Of a DNA stretch of 64,000 nucleotides, positions 38,959 through 47,131 are shown piece by piece. The translations under genes and the position numbers were made by a program. The number at the start of each line of letters is the position of its first letter. Position 1 is the stretch's first letter. Source of the stretch: Elusimicrobiota bacterium (GTDB lineage Bacteria; Elusimicrobiota; Elusimicrobia; UBA1565); assembly GCA_043827405.1 (NCBI GenBank), contig JBDRPD010000087.1, positions 53,023 to 117,022 on the forward strand, written 5' to 3'. Below the pieces are notes generated by a model. That model saw only the letters and a list, made by a program, of their open reading frames with translations, was not told the DNA's origin and did not search any database.

Positions 38959-39037
38959 AAACAACTGCCGCCGACCGCGCTTCTAAGGCAGGCTGCGGGG
39001 CGGCGGCGGCAGAGCGTAAGAAAACCGACTTTAGGAA

Positions 39038-39862
39038 ATGAAAAACTACCCACGGACGCTTGTCTGTGTCGGCATCGGGATTCAGGTCTTCTGCAATACC
39101 TTTGAAGCGGCCGGAGGATGGCTTCAATTCCTCACGCCGCTAGGGATGGCTGTTTCTGGCGTCGGGCTCTATGCCTTTCATAAGTCGAAAAGCCACTCCA
39201 ACCGCTATGTGATTTTTGGAACAACCTCAGCGGTAGTCCCCTTCGTCGGTCCGGTTATAGGCCTAATTCTTAAGCCACCGAAGCCGACCCAGGATTCTCG
39301 CCCAACGTCTTACGCGAGCTGGGGCTTCTTCATGGTCGGCTGCGCGTTGCTTTGGGCGATATGCCCTGCTTACGAGGCGCAGGCGTTTGCTCTGGGCAGT
39401 CTCTTTGCGGCTGGTTTTTCCTTCGCAGCCTGGGGCGCCGATCACTTCAATCGGCCCCGGATGGCGCTCCTCCTCTTTATCTCAAGCTTCGGGGGCTGTG
39501 TTGTCGGTGCCGGGCTGGGCGCCGTGATCAATCCATCACTGATTCGAAAATCTAATGCGGGCGCGACTAAGGATAATCTTGGCGCCATTCGCACAGCGCT
39601 GAGCATCTACTATGAGGATTCACAGGGGATGTACCCTGCCGGGCTCGAATCGCTCACCATATCGGGGGAGTCCATGCGCCAGATGCCACCGGCGCGGGTC
39701 TACCCCCACCACTCGGACAGTTCTGCTGTTATTATTGGGAAGACGTCTACCGATATGGGAGGGTGGCTCTACAATAATGACACCACGGACGACGGATTCG
39801 GTTCCTTGCAGGTGAACTGCACACACACGGATACCCGGAGTATCGTCTGGAGCTCATATTGA
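39038..39862 (+). CDS. Membrane protein with a C-terminal pilin/pseudopilin (GspG)-like domain
   Basis: Several TM helices, then ATKDNLGAIR.ALSIYY.D..G.YP..L..L, GGWLY and VNCTH.D...W..Y. Confidence 0.6.
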   Translation: MKNYPRTLVCVGIGIQVFCNTFEAAGGWLQFLTPLGMAVSGVGLYAFHKSKSHSNRYVIFGTTSAVVPFVGPVIGLILKPPKPTQDSRPTSYASWGFFMVGCALLWAICPAYEAQAFALGSLFAAGFSFAAWGADHFNRPRMALLLFISSFGGCVVGAGLGAVINPSLIRKSNAGATKDNLGAIRTALSIYYEDSQGMYPAGLESLTISGESMRQMPPARVYPHHSDSSAVIIGKTSTDMGGWLYNNDTTDDGFGSLQVNCTHTDTRSIVWSSY

Positions 39863-39875
39863 TGACCCAATCGCG

Positions 39876-39952
39876 TCCCGACAAGCGCTTCTGCCGGCCG
39901 CACTTCATGGGCTCGGCTTCGACCCAGCGGCAGTTGCGCCCCAGCGTTAGAG
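39876..39952 (+). other. Degenerate attC-like hairpin
   Basis: TCCCGAC-AAGCGCTTCTGCCG...CGGCAGTTGCGC..GTTAGAG, 77 bp, between two co-oriented genes. Confidence 0.4.
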
Positions 39953-39959
39953 TTCGATA

Positions 39960-40760
39960 ATGGGACAGCACAAAACAGGACAGGGGATGCCACAAGAGTC
40001 CGAAGACCAATCCAGCAACAAGACCCATTGGCGGCGCACTCTTCTCAAGCGACTGGCGATACTGGCTCTCTGCGTCTTCGGGGTTGTGGCCGCAATGTTT
40101 GGACCGAGAGCGCTCCGCTTGTACAAGCACATGAAGAGCTATGGCGAAGAAGTATCGACTCAGATGGAGCTTAAATTGATGAACAGCAGGATCGCGCTGT
40201 TTCGCTTTCTCCATAATGGGAAATCACCGCCGGCACTCGACCACCCCGAATTCTTGGCTCTCATGAGAACCTATCCCATGGCACAGAAAGCACTCGGGAG
40301 AAGTGACTACAACTGGTACTACAATCCAGAAGACTCCGACCCCTATTTTTATCCAGATGACTCAGACCCAACGTTTCTCGCGACCCTAAAACCCATGCTT
40401 GCCCAAGATATGGGGCGAAACAAGGCCGGGCTTCCATCGGTTAGGTTAAAGCATCTAGGACACCCATCATCGTCAATAGCCGAGACGCACTCCTTTGTGG
40501 GCGCGTCGGGGAAGATCGACCCGGCGCTGCTTAATGATTCAGGACACTGGATATATGATTCCAAGGAAGGCGTAGCAATAATCGACTGCACCCATATTCG
40601 CTACAGTGAGACCAATACCCCGCCGATATCGAAGACGATGTGCTTCACGGGGAAGTCTAGTTTAGGCCCGGCGTACACATTAAGGGCCCAGCCGAACAGC
40701 ACGCCAAAACATAGCGCCGAAATCATTCCCATCCGCCGTGTATTCATACCGCCCCCATGA
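39960..40760 (+). CDS. Pilin/pseudopilin-like protein, probably with a rearranged 3' end
   Basis: Single TM, L..M...I..F....G..P..L, GH..S, DSG.W.YD and IDCTH motifs; sequence after CTH looks unrelated. Confidence 0.5.
   Translation: MGQHKTGQGMPQESEDQSSNKTHWRRTLLKRLAILALCVFGVVAAMFGPRALRLYKHMKSYGEEVSTQMELKLMNSRIALFRFLHNGKSPPALDHPEFLALMRTYPMAQKALGRSDYNWYYNPEDSDPYFYPDDSDPTFLATLKPMLAQDMGRNKAGLPSVRLKHLGHPSSSIAETHSFVGASGKIDPALLNDSGHWIYDSKEGVAIIDCTHIRYSETNTPPISKTMCFTGKSSLGPAYTLRAQPNSTPKHSAEIIPIRRVFIPPP
40601..40747 (-). pseudogene. 5' fragment of an exported HAD-family phosphatase
   Basis: Signal-like peptide followed by VKHIVFDIGGVLV (HAD motif I), then an immediate stop. Confidence 0.5.
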
Positions 40761-40979
40761 TCGGGAATTTGCCCACTATACAGAAATAACTGCCCGTCGC
40801 CCAAACCAACGGCGCCTTAAAGATCACAGTTCCCCGGCTAAAAAGAGTGCTGTCCGAACTTTCCAGCTGTCACCAAAAGGCGAGCGGTCCCGGCAGCCGG
40901 AAGTTTTGGGAGAAGATCGATGGAAGCTGCGGATGAGTTTTACGCTTCGCGGGCGGCTGAGCCCTCGCGCTGACGCTCC

Positions 40980-41870
40980 CTATCTCCCGGTAAAGAAATC
41001 CTCTGCGGCCGAGACCGGCGGGGTATAGGCCGCCGAGGAGCGTACGACGACGGGAGAAGACGGGACAGCGGGGGGCGGCGCGCCGATCTTCCCGCGCAGA
41101 CGCTCGACGCGCTCGCGCTCGCCGGGGTGGGTGCGGAAATAGTCGACGAGCGCCTCGGCCAGGAACTCGTCCGGCCGCCGGTGCGTGCCCGCTTCCTCGC
41201 TGCTGCCGCGCGCCAAGCGCGCGAAAAACTCGACCGAAGCCTCCAGCCGGTAGTCGCAGCGCCGCATCATCTCAAAAGCGAAGGCGTCGGCCTCAAGCTC
41301 CTGGCCCGGCGCGAAGGAAAGCGCCGCCAGCTCGCGCAGGGCTTGACCGATATTCGCGCCGGGCAGACGCCATTTTGTCAGCCACGCCTTATAGCGGACG
41401 CGGTCCGCGGTGTGGCCGAGCTCGGCATGGGCGATCTCATGGCCGAGCACGAAGGCGATCCGGTCCGGATCATGCTCCATGGCGTCAAGCAGGCCTTGCG
41501 AGACGTAGACGAAGCCGCCGGGAGCGGCGAAGGCGTAGACGCCGCGGCCCGGAATCACCCGGTACTCGTAGCGCCCGGCGAAACGCTTGACCATGCCGCT
41601 GCGCTCGAGACGGGCCGCGATCTCCTCGAGGCGGGCGTCGCGGACGGCGCCGTGCGCGCAGATGCGTCCGATCTCGCGGCCGAGCTCCCGCTCGGCCGCC
41701 GCGTCGACCGGCATTCCCAGCGCCGCCGCCCGCTCGACCTGCTTTACATGATCCTGCCCGGTGCGCATCAGCGGCAGCAGGCTCTCACGGGTCCTCCCGG
41801 CCCGGGCCGCCAGCAGCCCGGTCGAGGCGAATAGAAACGCTATCAGGATCATCGCGGCTTTACGAGGCAT
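40980..41870 (-). CDS. M48-family zinc metallopeptidase
   Basis: AFA.PGG.VYV..GL, HEIAH, QE.EAD and THP...R motifs; signal peptide from ATG 41870. Confidence 0.9.
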   Translation of the reverse strand: MPRKAAMILIAFLFASTGLLAARAGRTRESLLPLMRTGQDHVKQVERAAALGMPVDAAAERELGREIGRICAHGAVRDARLEEIAARLERSGMVKRFAGRYEYRVIPGRGVYAFAAPGGFVYVSQGLLDAMEHDPDRIAFVLGHEIAHAELGHTADRVRYKAWLTKWRLPGANIGQALRELAALSFAPGQELEADAFAFEMMRRCDYRLEASVEFFARLARGSSEEAGTHRRPDEFLAEALVDYFRTHPGERERVERLRGKIGAPPPAVPSSPVVVRSSAAYTPPVSAAEDFFTGR

Positions 41871-44112
41871 AGGATTTCTCCTCCTCACGCTTCACGCGGA
41901 CGTAGATATAAGACGAAAGGACGAGTAGGGCGCCCAATACAATGTAGCTCAGCACGCGGTAGGGCAGTTCGAGCCCCGTCAGATCCATAAACAGCGCCTT
42001 CAGCACGCAGATGCCGAGAAGTCCAAGTCCGGGCAGTCTCATACAATGCTTATCGCTGCAGAGTCCGGCGATCAGATAGACGGCTCCCGCGAGTGAGCAG
42101 CCGAGCGTCACGTAAAAGTCATGCGCTTCCTTGGCGATAAAGAGCGCGACGAGCGCGAGGCTCAGGATGGCGAAGAGATGCTCGGCGGCCGTCTCCTCGA
42201 TCTCCTCGGCGCGATCTTGCGCCCACTTCGGCCAGGCGACCGGCAAGAGCAGCAGCGCGGCCGAACCGCAGTAGATCACGCCCTTGAGCCAGCCGAGCTC
42301 GCCGATCAAGGCGCCCGGATAGAGCAGGTAGGAAAGAACGCCTTCCGCCGCGGTTGCGGCCGTCACCAGGTAGGCCATGGCCCGCAGATCGGCGCCGAAC
42401 TCCCCCCGCCTGCGCCCCAGATAGAGCAGCGCGAGCGCGGCGAGCCCCCAGACCGGCAGACGCATGCGCGGATCGAACTCGTGATAGACGCCGAAAGCCG
42501 CGACGGACGTCATCAGCCACGGCAGGATGCGCCGCAGCTTCGCGTGCGGAGCATCCAGCAGGTTTCCTTCCGGCGTCCTCTCGCGCAGGAAAGCAAGCGC
42601 GGCGAAAGCCGCCGTCAACGATACCGTAACGATTATGCGCGGAGTGAACTCCCACCATACGGGGAGGTTCGAACCATAGTCGATGACGAAGCTATAAGTA
42701 CCGATGAAAACCGCGACCATAAACCCCTGCTGAAACAGCGGCACCGCCGCGAACTCTTCGGACGCCCAGTCGAGCATGATCGCGAAAGAAATCGCCGCGA
42801 CGGCGAACGGCGCCGGCTCGAACCAGGTGGCCAAAGCGAGCAGGATATAGGCCATGCCGCCGTAGAGCCACGCCCCGCGAAGCCAGCGCTCGCCCCGGCC
42901 GGACCGCTGGGACAAGGCGGCCAAGACGTAGCCCGCGGCGCCGAGGAAAAAGAGGCTCGCGCCGATGACGGTCTTGAGCGGCGGGAATTCCGTCAGATGC
43001 GCCGCGTAAAACAGGAGATTGAGCGCAGCCAGAACGAAGCCGAAGGTCGCGAAGGTACGCCGGTCGAGCCATAGGCCAACGGCGCCGAACGCGGACGCGG
43101 CGAGGGCGAAGCCCCAGAACTGCTCGGGGAGCGGCACGATCCGCACCAAAGCGATATAGGTCACCCCCGCGCAGAGGACGAAGGTGACGGCGGAGAGCGC
43201 CGTGCTCTCCTTGCCCCGACCGCCCATGATCGACAGCGCGGCCAGAACGCCGGCGATCGTGAGCAGCGCCGGCGTCGCGTGATCCGGGGCGAAAGCCGTG
43301 ACCTGGGAGAAAGTCGTCACCGCGTACAAGACGGCGCTCAGCGACAGGCAGACATCGAGGGCGCGGCTTCCGCCCTCGCTTTCCTTCTTTAAAGGAGTGC
43401 GCCACAACAAGACCGCCTGCACCGCCGTGACGACCGCGAGGCTGTACCAGAAATCGGGGGCGGTCGCCGGATCGCCGCGCGCCGCCAGGATATCCCGAAA
43501 GACGGGGAAGTAGTTCAGATAGAAGCCCGTCAGGCTGACCGCGGCCAGCTCGGGGCTCTTGAGCGGACGGACCAGGTAAGCCGCCGAAATCGCGAGGATG
43601 CCGCAGACGGTCAGCGTCCCGATATCCGCGTTAGTCAGCAGGAAGACGAAGTAGGCCGTGCCGAAGGCGAAGGCCGTCAGCCAGCGCGAACGGACGTGCA
43701 GGCTGTGGGCGATCATGCCGGCGGCCGCGACGCAGAGCAGGACGAACTCCGCGCGCGCATCGGTGACGATGCGCGCCGACTCGACATAATGCGCGGCGTA
43801 GACCGTGTAGTAGAGGAGTATCCAGCCGCCGCCGATGACGGGAACGCTGAATAGGCTGAACCGGCGCTGACGCCGCAGCGACTCTCCGAACGCGACCAAG
43901 CCCATGCCGGAAATCGCGCCCAGAGCCACCTTCATCATGGGGCCGTACATATTGGCCGTGTACTTCAGGAAGAAGGCGCCGCCGAGCACCAGCAGCACCA
44001 TGCCTACATAGTTGAGGAGCTTCTCGCCGACGAGGCGTTCGGTCCCCATCGCGCGGAGATCGCTCCAGACGGTCTTCCACCATGACGCGAGTCCCGTCTC
44101 TTTCGTTTCCAT
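41860..44112 (-). CDS. DUF2339-like polytopic membrane protein
   Basis: E..VG..LLN.VG...LVLG..FFLKY start and K....DL..L...YR..S...LG..L end; many TM helices. Confidence 0.8.
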   Translation of the reverse strand: METKETGLASWWKTVWSDLRAMGTERLVGEKLLNYVGMVLLVLGGAFFLKYTANMYGPMMKVALGAISGMGLVAFGESLRRQRRFSLFSVPVIGGGWILLYYTVYAAHYVESARIVTDARAEFVLLCVAAAGMIAHSLHVRSRWLTAFAFGTAYFVFLLTNADIGTLTVCGILAISAAYLVRPLKSPELAAVSLTGFYLNYFPVFRDILAARGDPATAPDFWYSLAVVTAVQAVLLWRTPLKKESEGGSRALDVCLSLSAVLYAVTTFSQVTAFAPDHATPALLTIAGVLAALSIMGGRGKESTALSAVTFVLCAGVTYIALVRIVPLPEQFWGFALAASAFGAVGLWLDRRTFATFGFVLAALNLLFYAAHLTEFPPLKTVIGASLFFLGAAGYVLAALSQRSGRGERWLRGAWLYGGMAYILLALATWFEPAPFAVAAISFAIMLDWASEEFAAVPLFQQGFMVAVFIGTYSFVIDYGSNLPVWWEFTPRIIVTVSLTAAFAALAFLRERTPEGNLLDAPHAKLRRILPWLMTSVAAFGVYHEFDPRMRLPVWGLAALALLYLGRRRGEFGADLRAMAYLVTAATAAEGVLSYLLYPGALIGELGWLKGVIYCGSAALLLLPVAWPKWAQDRAEEIEETAAEHLFAILSLALVALFIAKEAHDFYVTLGCSLAGAVYLIAGLCSDKHCMRLPGLGLLGICVLKALFMDLTGLELPYRVLSYIVLGALLVLSSYIYVRVKREEEKSYAS

Positions 44113-44174
44113 TTTAATCTCCGGGGCGCCGCTGCCCTCGATTAAAACGGATCAATTATTATGCCAGCGATGAC

Positions 44175-45392
44175 TCAGCGATACCTAAAAAAACCCCGCT
44201 CCGCCTTCGACAAAAAACCCTCCTCCTCCAGCCAGCGCAGCATGAACCGCGCCACCCGGCCGTCCTCGGCCGCCTCCGGCCCATGCTCCGAAAAATAGAT
44301 GCTCAGATCATTCGCCAGGAGCTCCCAGTCGGCCCAGGCCATCCGCGCCGCGATAGCATTATAAAGCCCCGTCTGTTCGGCGGGAAACTTATCCATCCGG
44401 TAAACCCGGTCCAGAAAGGCGTAAAACAGCAAAAGACTTAAAGTATCGCGCCGCGATTCATCCGCATCACCATAGCGCTTGCCGAATCGCGCCGCGCGCA
44501 GCGGCCGGTTATACGGGACCATCCGCAGCCCGCCGCGAGCCGGCGCCGGATGGAACTCCCGCTGCGCCTCATAACCCCGCCGCCGCAGCTCATGATACGG
44601 CTGGGTATGAAACATCCCGAAGATGACGCCCACGCTCTTGGCCCGCTTGCGTCCCAGACGGCGCTCCAAGTCCTTAACCAAGGACTCCTCGCGCAGCGCA
44701 TGCACCTCAGCCATCAAGGCGTTGAACTTTTCAAGATCCGCCGCCGCCCCGGCCGCATCGCCGTCTTCCAAAAACTTCTCATAGGCGCTGCTCAAATGCT
44801 CGCTCGCCTCGGGCAGCAGCTTCTCATCAATACGGCGGCGCACGCTCGTATGCCCCCGCGCATGCACCGACTCGGGCAGTACGCGAACCCCCGAGCCGTA
44901 CAAAGCCTCCAGCACCGCCGCGTCCATGGGCTCGGCGCGTCCGCGCAGCAGCCGCAGCGCCTGCGCCGGAGTGCGCGCGCCGTCCGCCACCGACTGAAAG
45001 GCCTCGAGATTCGGTCCCGGCTCAAGAGACTCCACCAGAACTTCGTCGTGCCGGCGCACAAACTGCGCGAGCTCGCCCAGATAGCTCGCCGAGGCATTAT
45101 GATCGTTATAGAAAAAGCCCACTTTCGCGACGCCCTTGAAGACTTTAAGCTCGACCGGCGCGCTGAAGCGAACCTGCGGGATCGCCGCCGGGGCCGGAAA
45201 AGAACTCAGGCCAAAATTCAGCATCGGGGCGCTGAGCAATCGCGGCTGCGCCAGCCCGGCGGGCATGGTCAGCGGCATGCTGGGGAGAGCCGGCAGGCGC
45301 AGCTTCCCGGCGCTCATCAAGCGCGCCAATGAGCCGGAGGCGGGAGCGGCCAGCCATAAGACGGCGCATGCCGTCGTCAGCAGCTTACGCAT
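44175..45392 (-). CDS. Exported hypothetical protein, possible ChaN/TraB-like fold
   Basis: ATG 45392 (MRKLLTTACAVLWLAAPASG), Pro-rich leader, then H..., LVE, RE and IFG.FH motifs. Confidence 0.5.
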   Translation of the reverse strand: MRKLLTTACAVLWLAAPASGSLARLMSAGKLRLPALPSMPLTMPAGLAQPRLLSAPMLNFGLSSFPAPAAIPQVRFSAPVELKVFKGVAKVGFFYNDHNASASYLGELAQFVRRHDEVLVESLEPGPNLEAFQSVADGARTPAQALRLLRGRAEPMDAAVLEALYGSGVRVLPESVHARGHTSVRRRIDEKLLPEASEHLSSAYEKFLEDGDAAGAAADLEKFNALMAEVHALREESLVKDLERRLGRKRAKSVGVIFGMFHTQPYHELRRRGYEAQREFHPAPARGGLRMVPYNRPLRAARFGKRYGDADESRRDTLSLLLFYAFLDRVYRMDKFPAEQTGLYNAIAARMAWADWELLANDLSIYFSEHGPEAAEDGRVARFMLRWLEEEGFLSKAERGFFRYR

Positions 45393-45521
45393 ACGCAGAA
45401 GCTTACTTAAGAGTTCCGCCGCCCATCCTGGGCCTTCCGCGCAATATGGCCGCGGCAAAAGACCCGGGATTAAGGGCCGAGGAGGAGGCGGTGGTTCCGC
45501 GACAAAAGATAAAATCCAACC

Positions 45522-45950
45522 ATGACCACCGCGAAAAAAACCGGCCGCACTTTTCTCTTTAGAATCCCGCCCAAGGCGGACCTCTGCGAGGCGCTGGAGA
45601 AATTCCTCGCCCGGAAGAAAATACGCCTGGGCACCGTATCCGCGATCGGCGCGCTGTCGCAGGCGACGATCGGCTACTACGACCAGGAAAAAAGAAAATA
45701 CTTCAAGAAGACGATCAAGGGCGAGCTCGAGATCGTCGCCTGCATCGGCAATGTCAGCCTCAAAGACGGCAAGCCTTTCCCCCACCTGCACGCGGCATTA
45801 AGCGATACCAAGATGCGCCTGCTGGGCGGCCATCTCTTCCCCGGCTCCACCGTATTTGTCGCCGAAGTCCAGGTGCAGGAGATCAAGGGCAAGCCCTATG
45901 CGCGGCGCCTCGACTCCGCCACCGGGCTCCCCCTGTGGCCGATCCGCTGA
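45522..45950 (+). CDS. PPC/DUF296 domain protein
   Basis: AIGA, EI....GN.S, HLH..LSD and GGHL motifs. Confidence 0.9.
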   Translation: MTTAKKTGRTFLFRIPPKADLCEALEKFLARKKIRLGTVSAIGALSQATIGYYDQEKRKYFKKTIKGELEIVACIGNVSLKDGKPFPHLHAALSDTKMRLLGGHLFPGSTVFVAEVQVQEIKGKPYARRLDSATGLPLWPIR

Positions 45951-47062
45951 TCCTCTACTACGTATCGGGGCACGGCTACGGCCATGCCACGCGTACCGTC
46001 GCCGTGCTCGAGGCCCTGCGCGCCCAATCGCCCGGACTGCGCCTGCACGTGCGCAGCGAAGCGCCGCACTGGCTCTTCACCGACGCGGTGCGCGAGGTCG
46101 AAACTTCTTCCGCGCATATCGATGTCGGCATGATTCAGGCCGATCCGATCGCCATCGACCTGCCCGCGAGCCTGCGCGCCCATGAAGGCTTCGGCGCCCA
46201 CTGGGAGGAAGCGGCGGTGCGCGAAGCGGACTTTATCCGGACGCTGCGCCCCGACCTGGTGGTCAGCGATATCGCGGCGCTGCCGTTTGCCGCCGCCCGC
46301 GCCGCCGGGGTGCGAGGTATCGCCGTTACCAATTTCTCCTGGGACTGGATACTGGAGATGTACGCGGCCGACGAGCCGCGCTGGCGGCCTATAATCGAGC
46401 GCTACGCACAAGCCTACGGGGAAGCGGAGCTGCTGCTGCGCCTGCCCATGGGCGGCGCGCTTACCGCTTTTCGCCGGACGGAAGATATGCCGCTGGTCGC
46501 CCGTAACCTGCGTATCGGAAAAAAAGAAGCGCGCTCGCGACTGGGGCTTAAGCCCGACGACGCGCGGCGAATCGTCCTCGTCACCTTCGGCGGCTTTTCG
46601 ACCTATCTGGCGCCGATTACCGGCGCCGACGAGCTGCCAGACTTCATTTTCATCGGCTTCCAGGCCGCGCCGCCGGGGTTTTGCGGCGAGTGGCGGGAAC
46701 TCGCCATGCATACGCCGGTCCCCTATATGGACCTGCTGGCCGCGGCCGACGCCATGATCGGCAAACCGGGTTTCGGCACGGCCGCCGAAGGAATCGCGCA
46801 TGGCGTGCCGCAGCTCTACCTGCCGCGTCACGATTTCCGGGAAACCAAGCCTTTGCTCGCCTACCTGCACCGGCACGGCGCCGCCCGGGCGATGCCGCAT
46901 GCGGATTTCTTCACCGGACGCTGGCGCGCCCACCTGGAAGCGCTTCTGGCTTTACCCCGCACCGCGCCGCCCGGAGCGGGCGGCGCTGCGGCGGTCGCCG
47001 CGCGCCTGCGGGAGCTGGCGCAGAACAGCCCCAACGGCCCATTACCCCCTGGGCCCAAATAG
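45935..47062 (+). CDS. GT-B glycosyltransferase-like protein (arabinokinase N-domain-like)
   Basis: SGHGYGHATR, DVG..Q.D, SDI, NFSWD.I and KPGFGT..E motifs. Confidence 0.8.
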   Translation: MADPLILYYVSGHGYGHATRTVAVLEALRAQSPGLRLHVRSEAPHWLFTDAVREVETSSAHIDVGMIQADPIAIDLPASLRAHEGFGAHWEEAAVREADFIRTLRPDLVVSDIAALPFAAARAAGVRGIAVTNFSWDWILEMYAADEPRWRPIIERYAQAYGEAELLLRLPMGGALTAFRRTEDMPLVARNLRIGKKEARSRLGLKPDDARRIVLVTFGGFSTYLAPITGADELPDFIFIGFQAAPPGFCGEWRELAMHTPVPYMDLLAAADAMIGKPGFGTAAEGIAHGVPQLYLPRHDFRETKPLLAYLHRHGAARAMPHADFFTGRWRAHLEALLALPRTAPPGAGGAAAVAARLRELAQNSPNGPLPPGPK

Positions 47063-47131
47063 CCGCCGTACCGGGGCCCAAAGGCCGGGACGCAAAATGC
47101 CGGCGCGAAGTATACTTCAGCTATACAGCTA

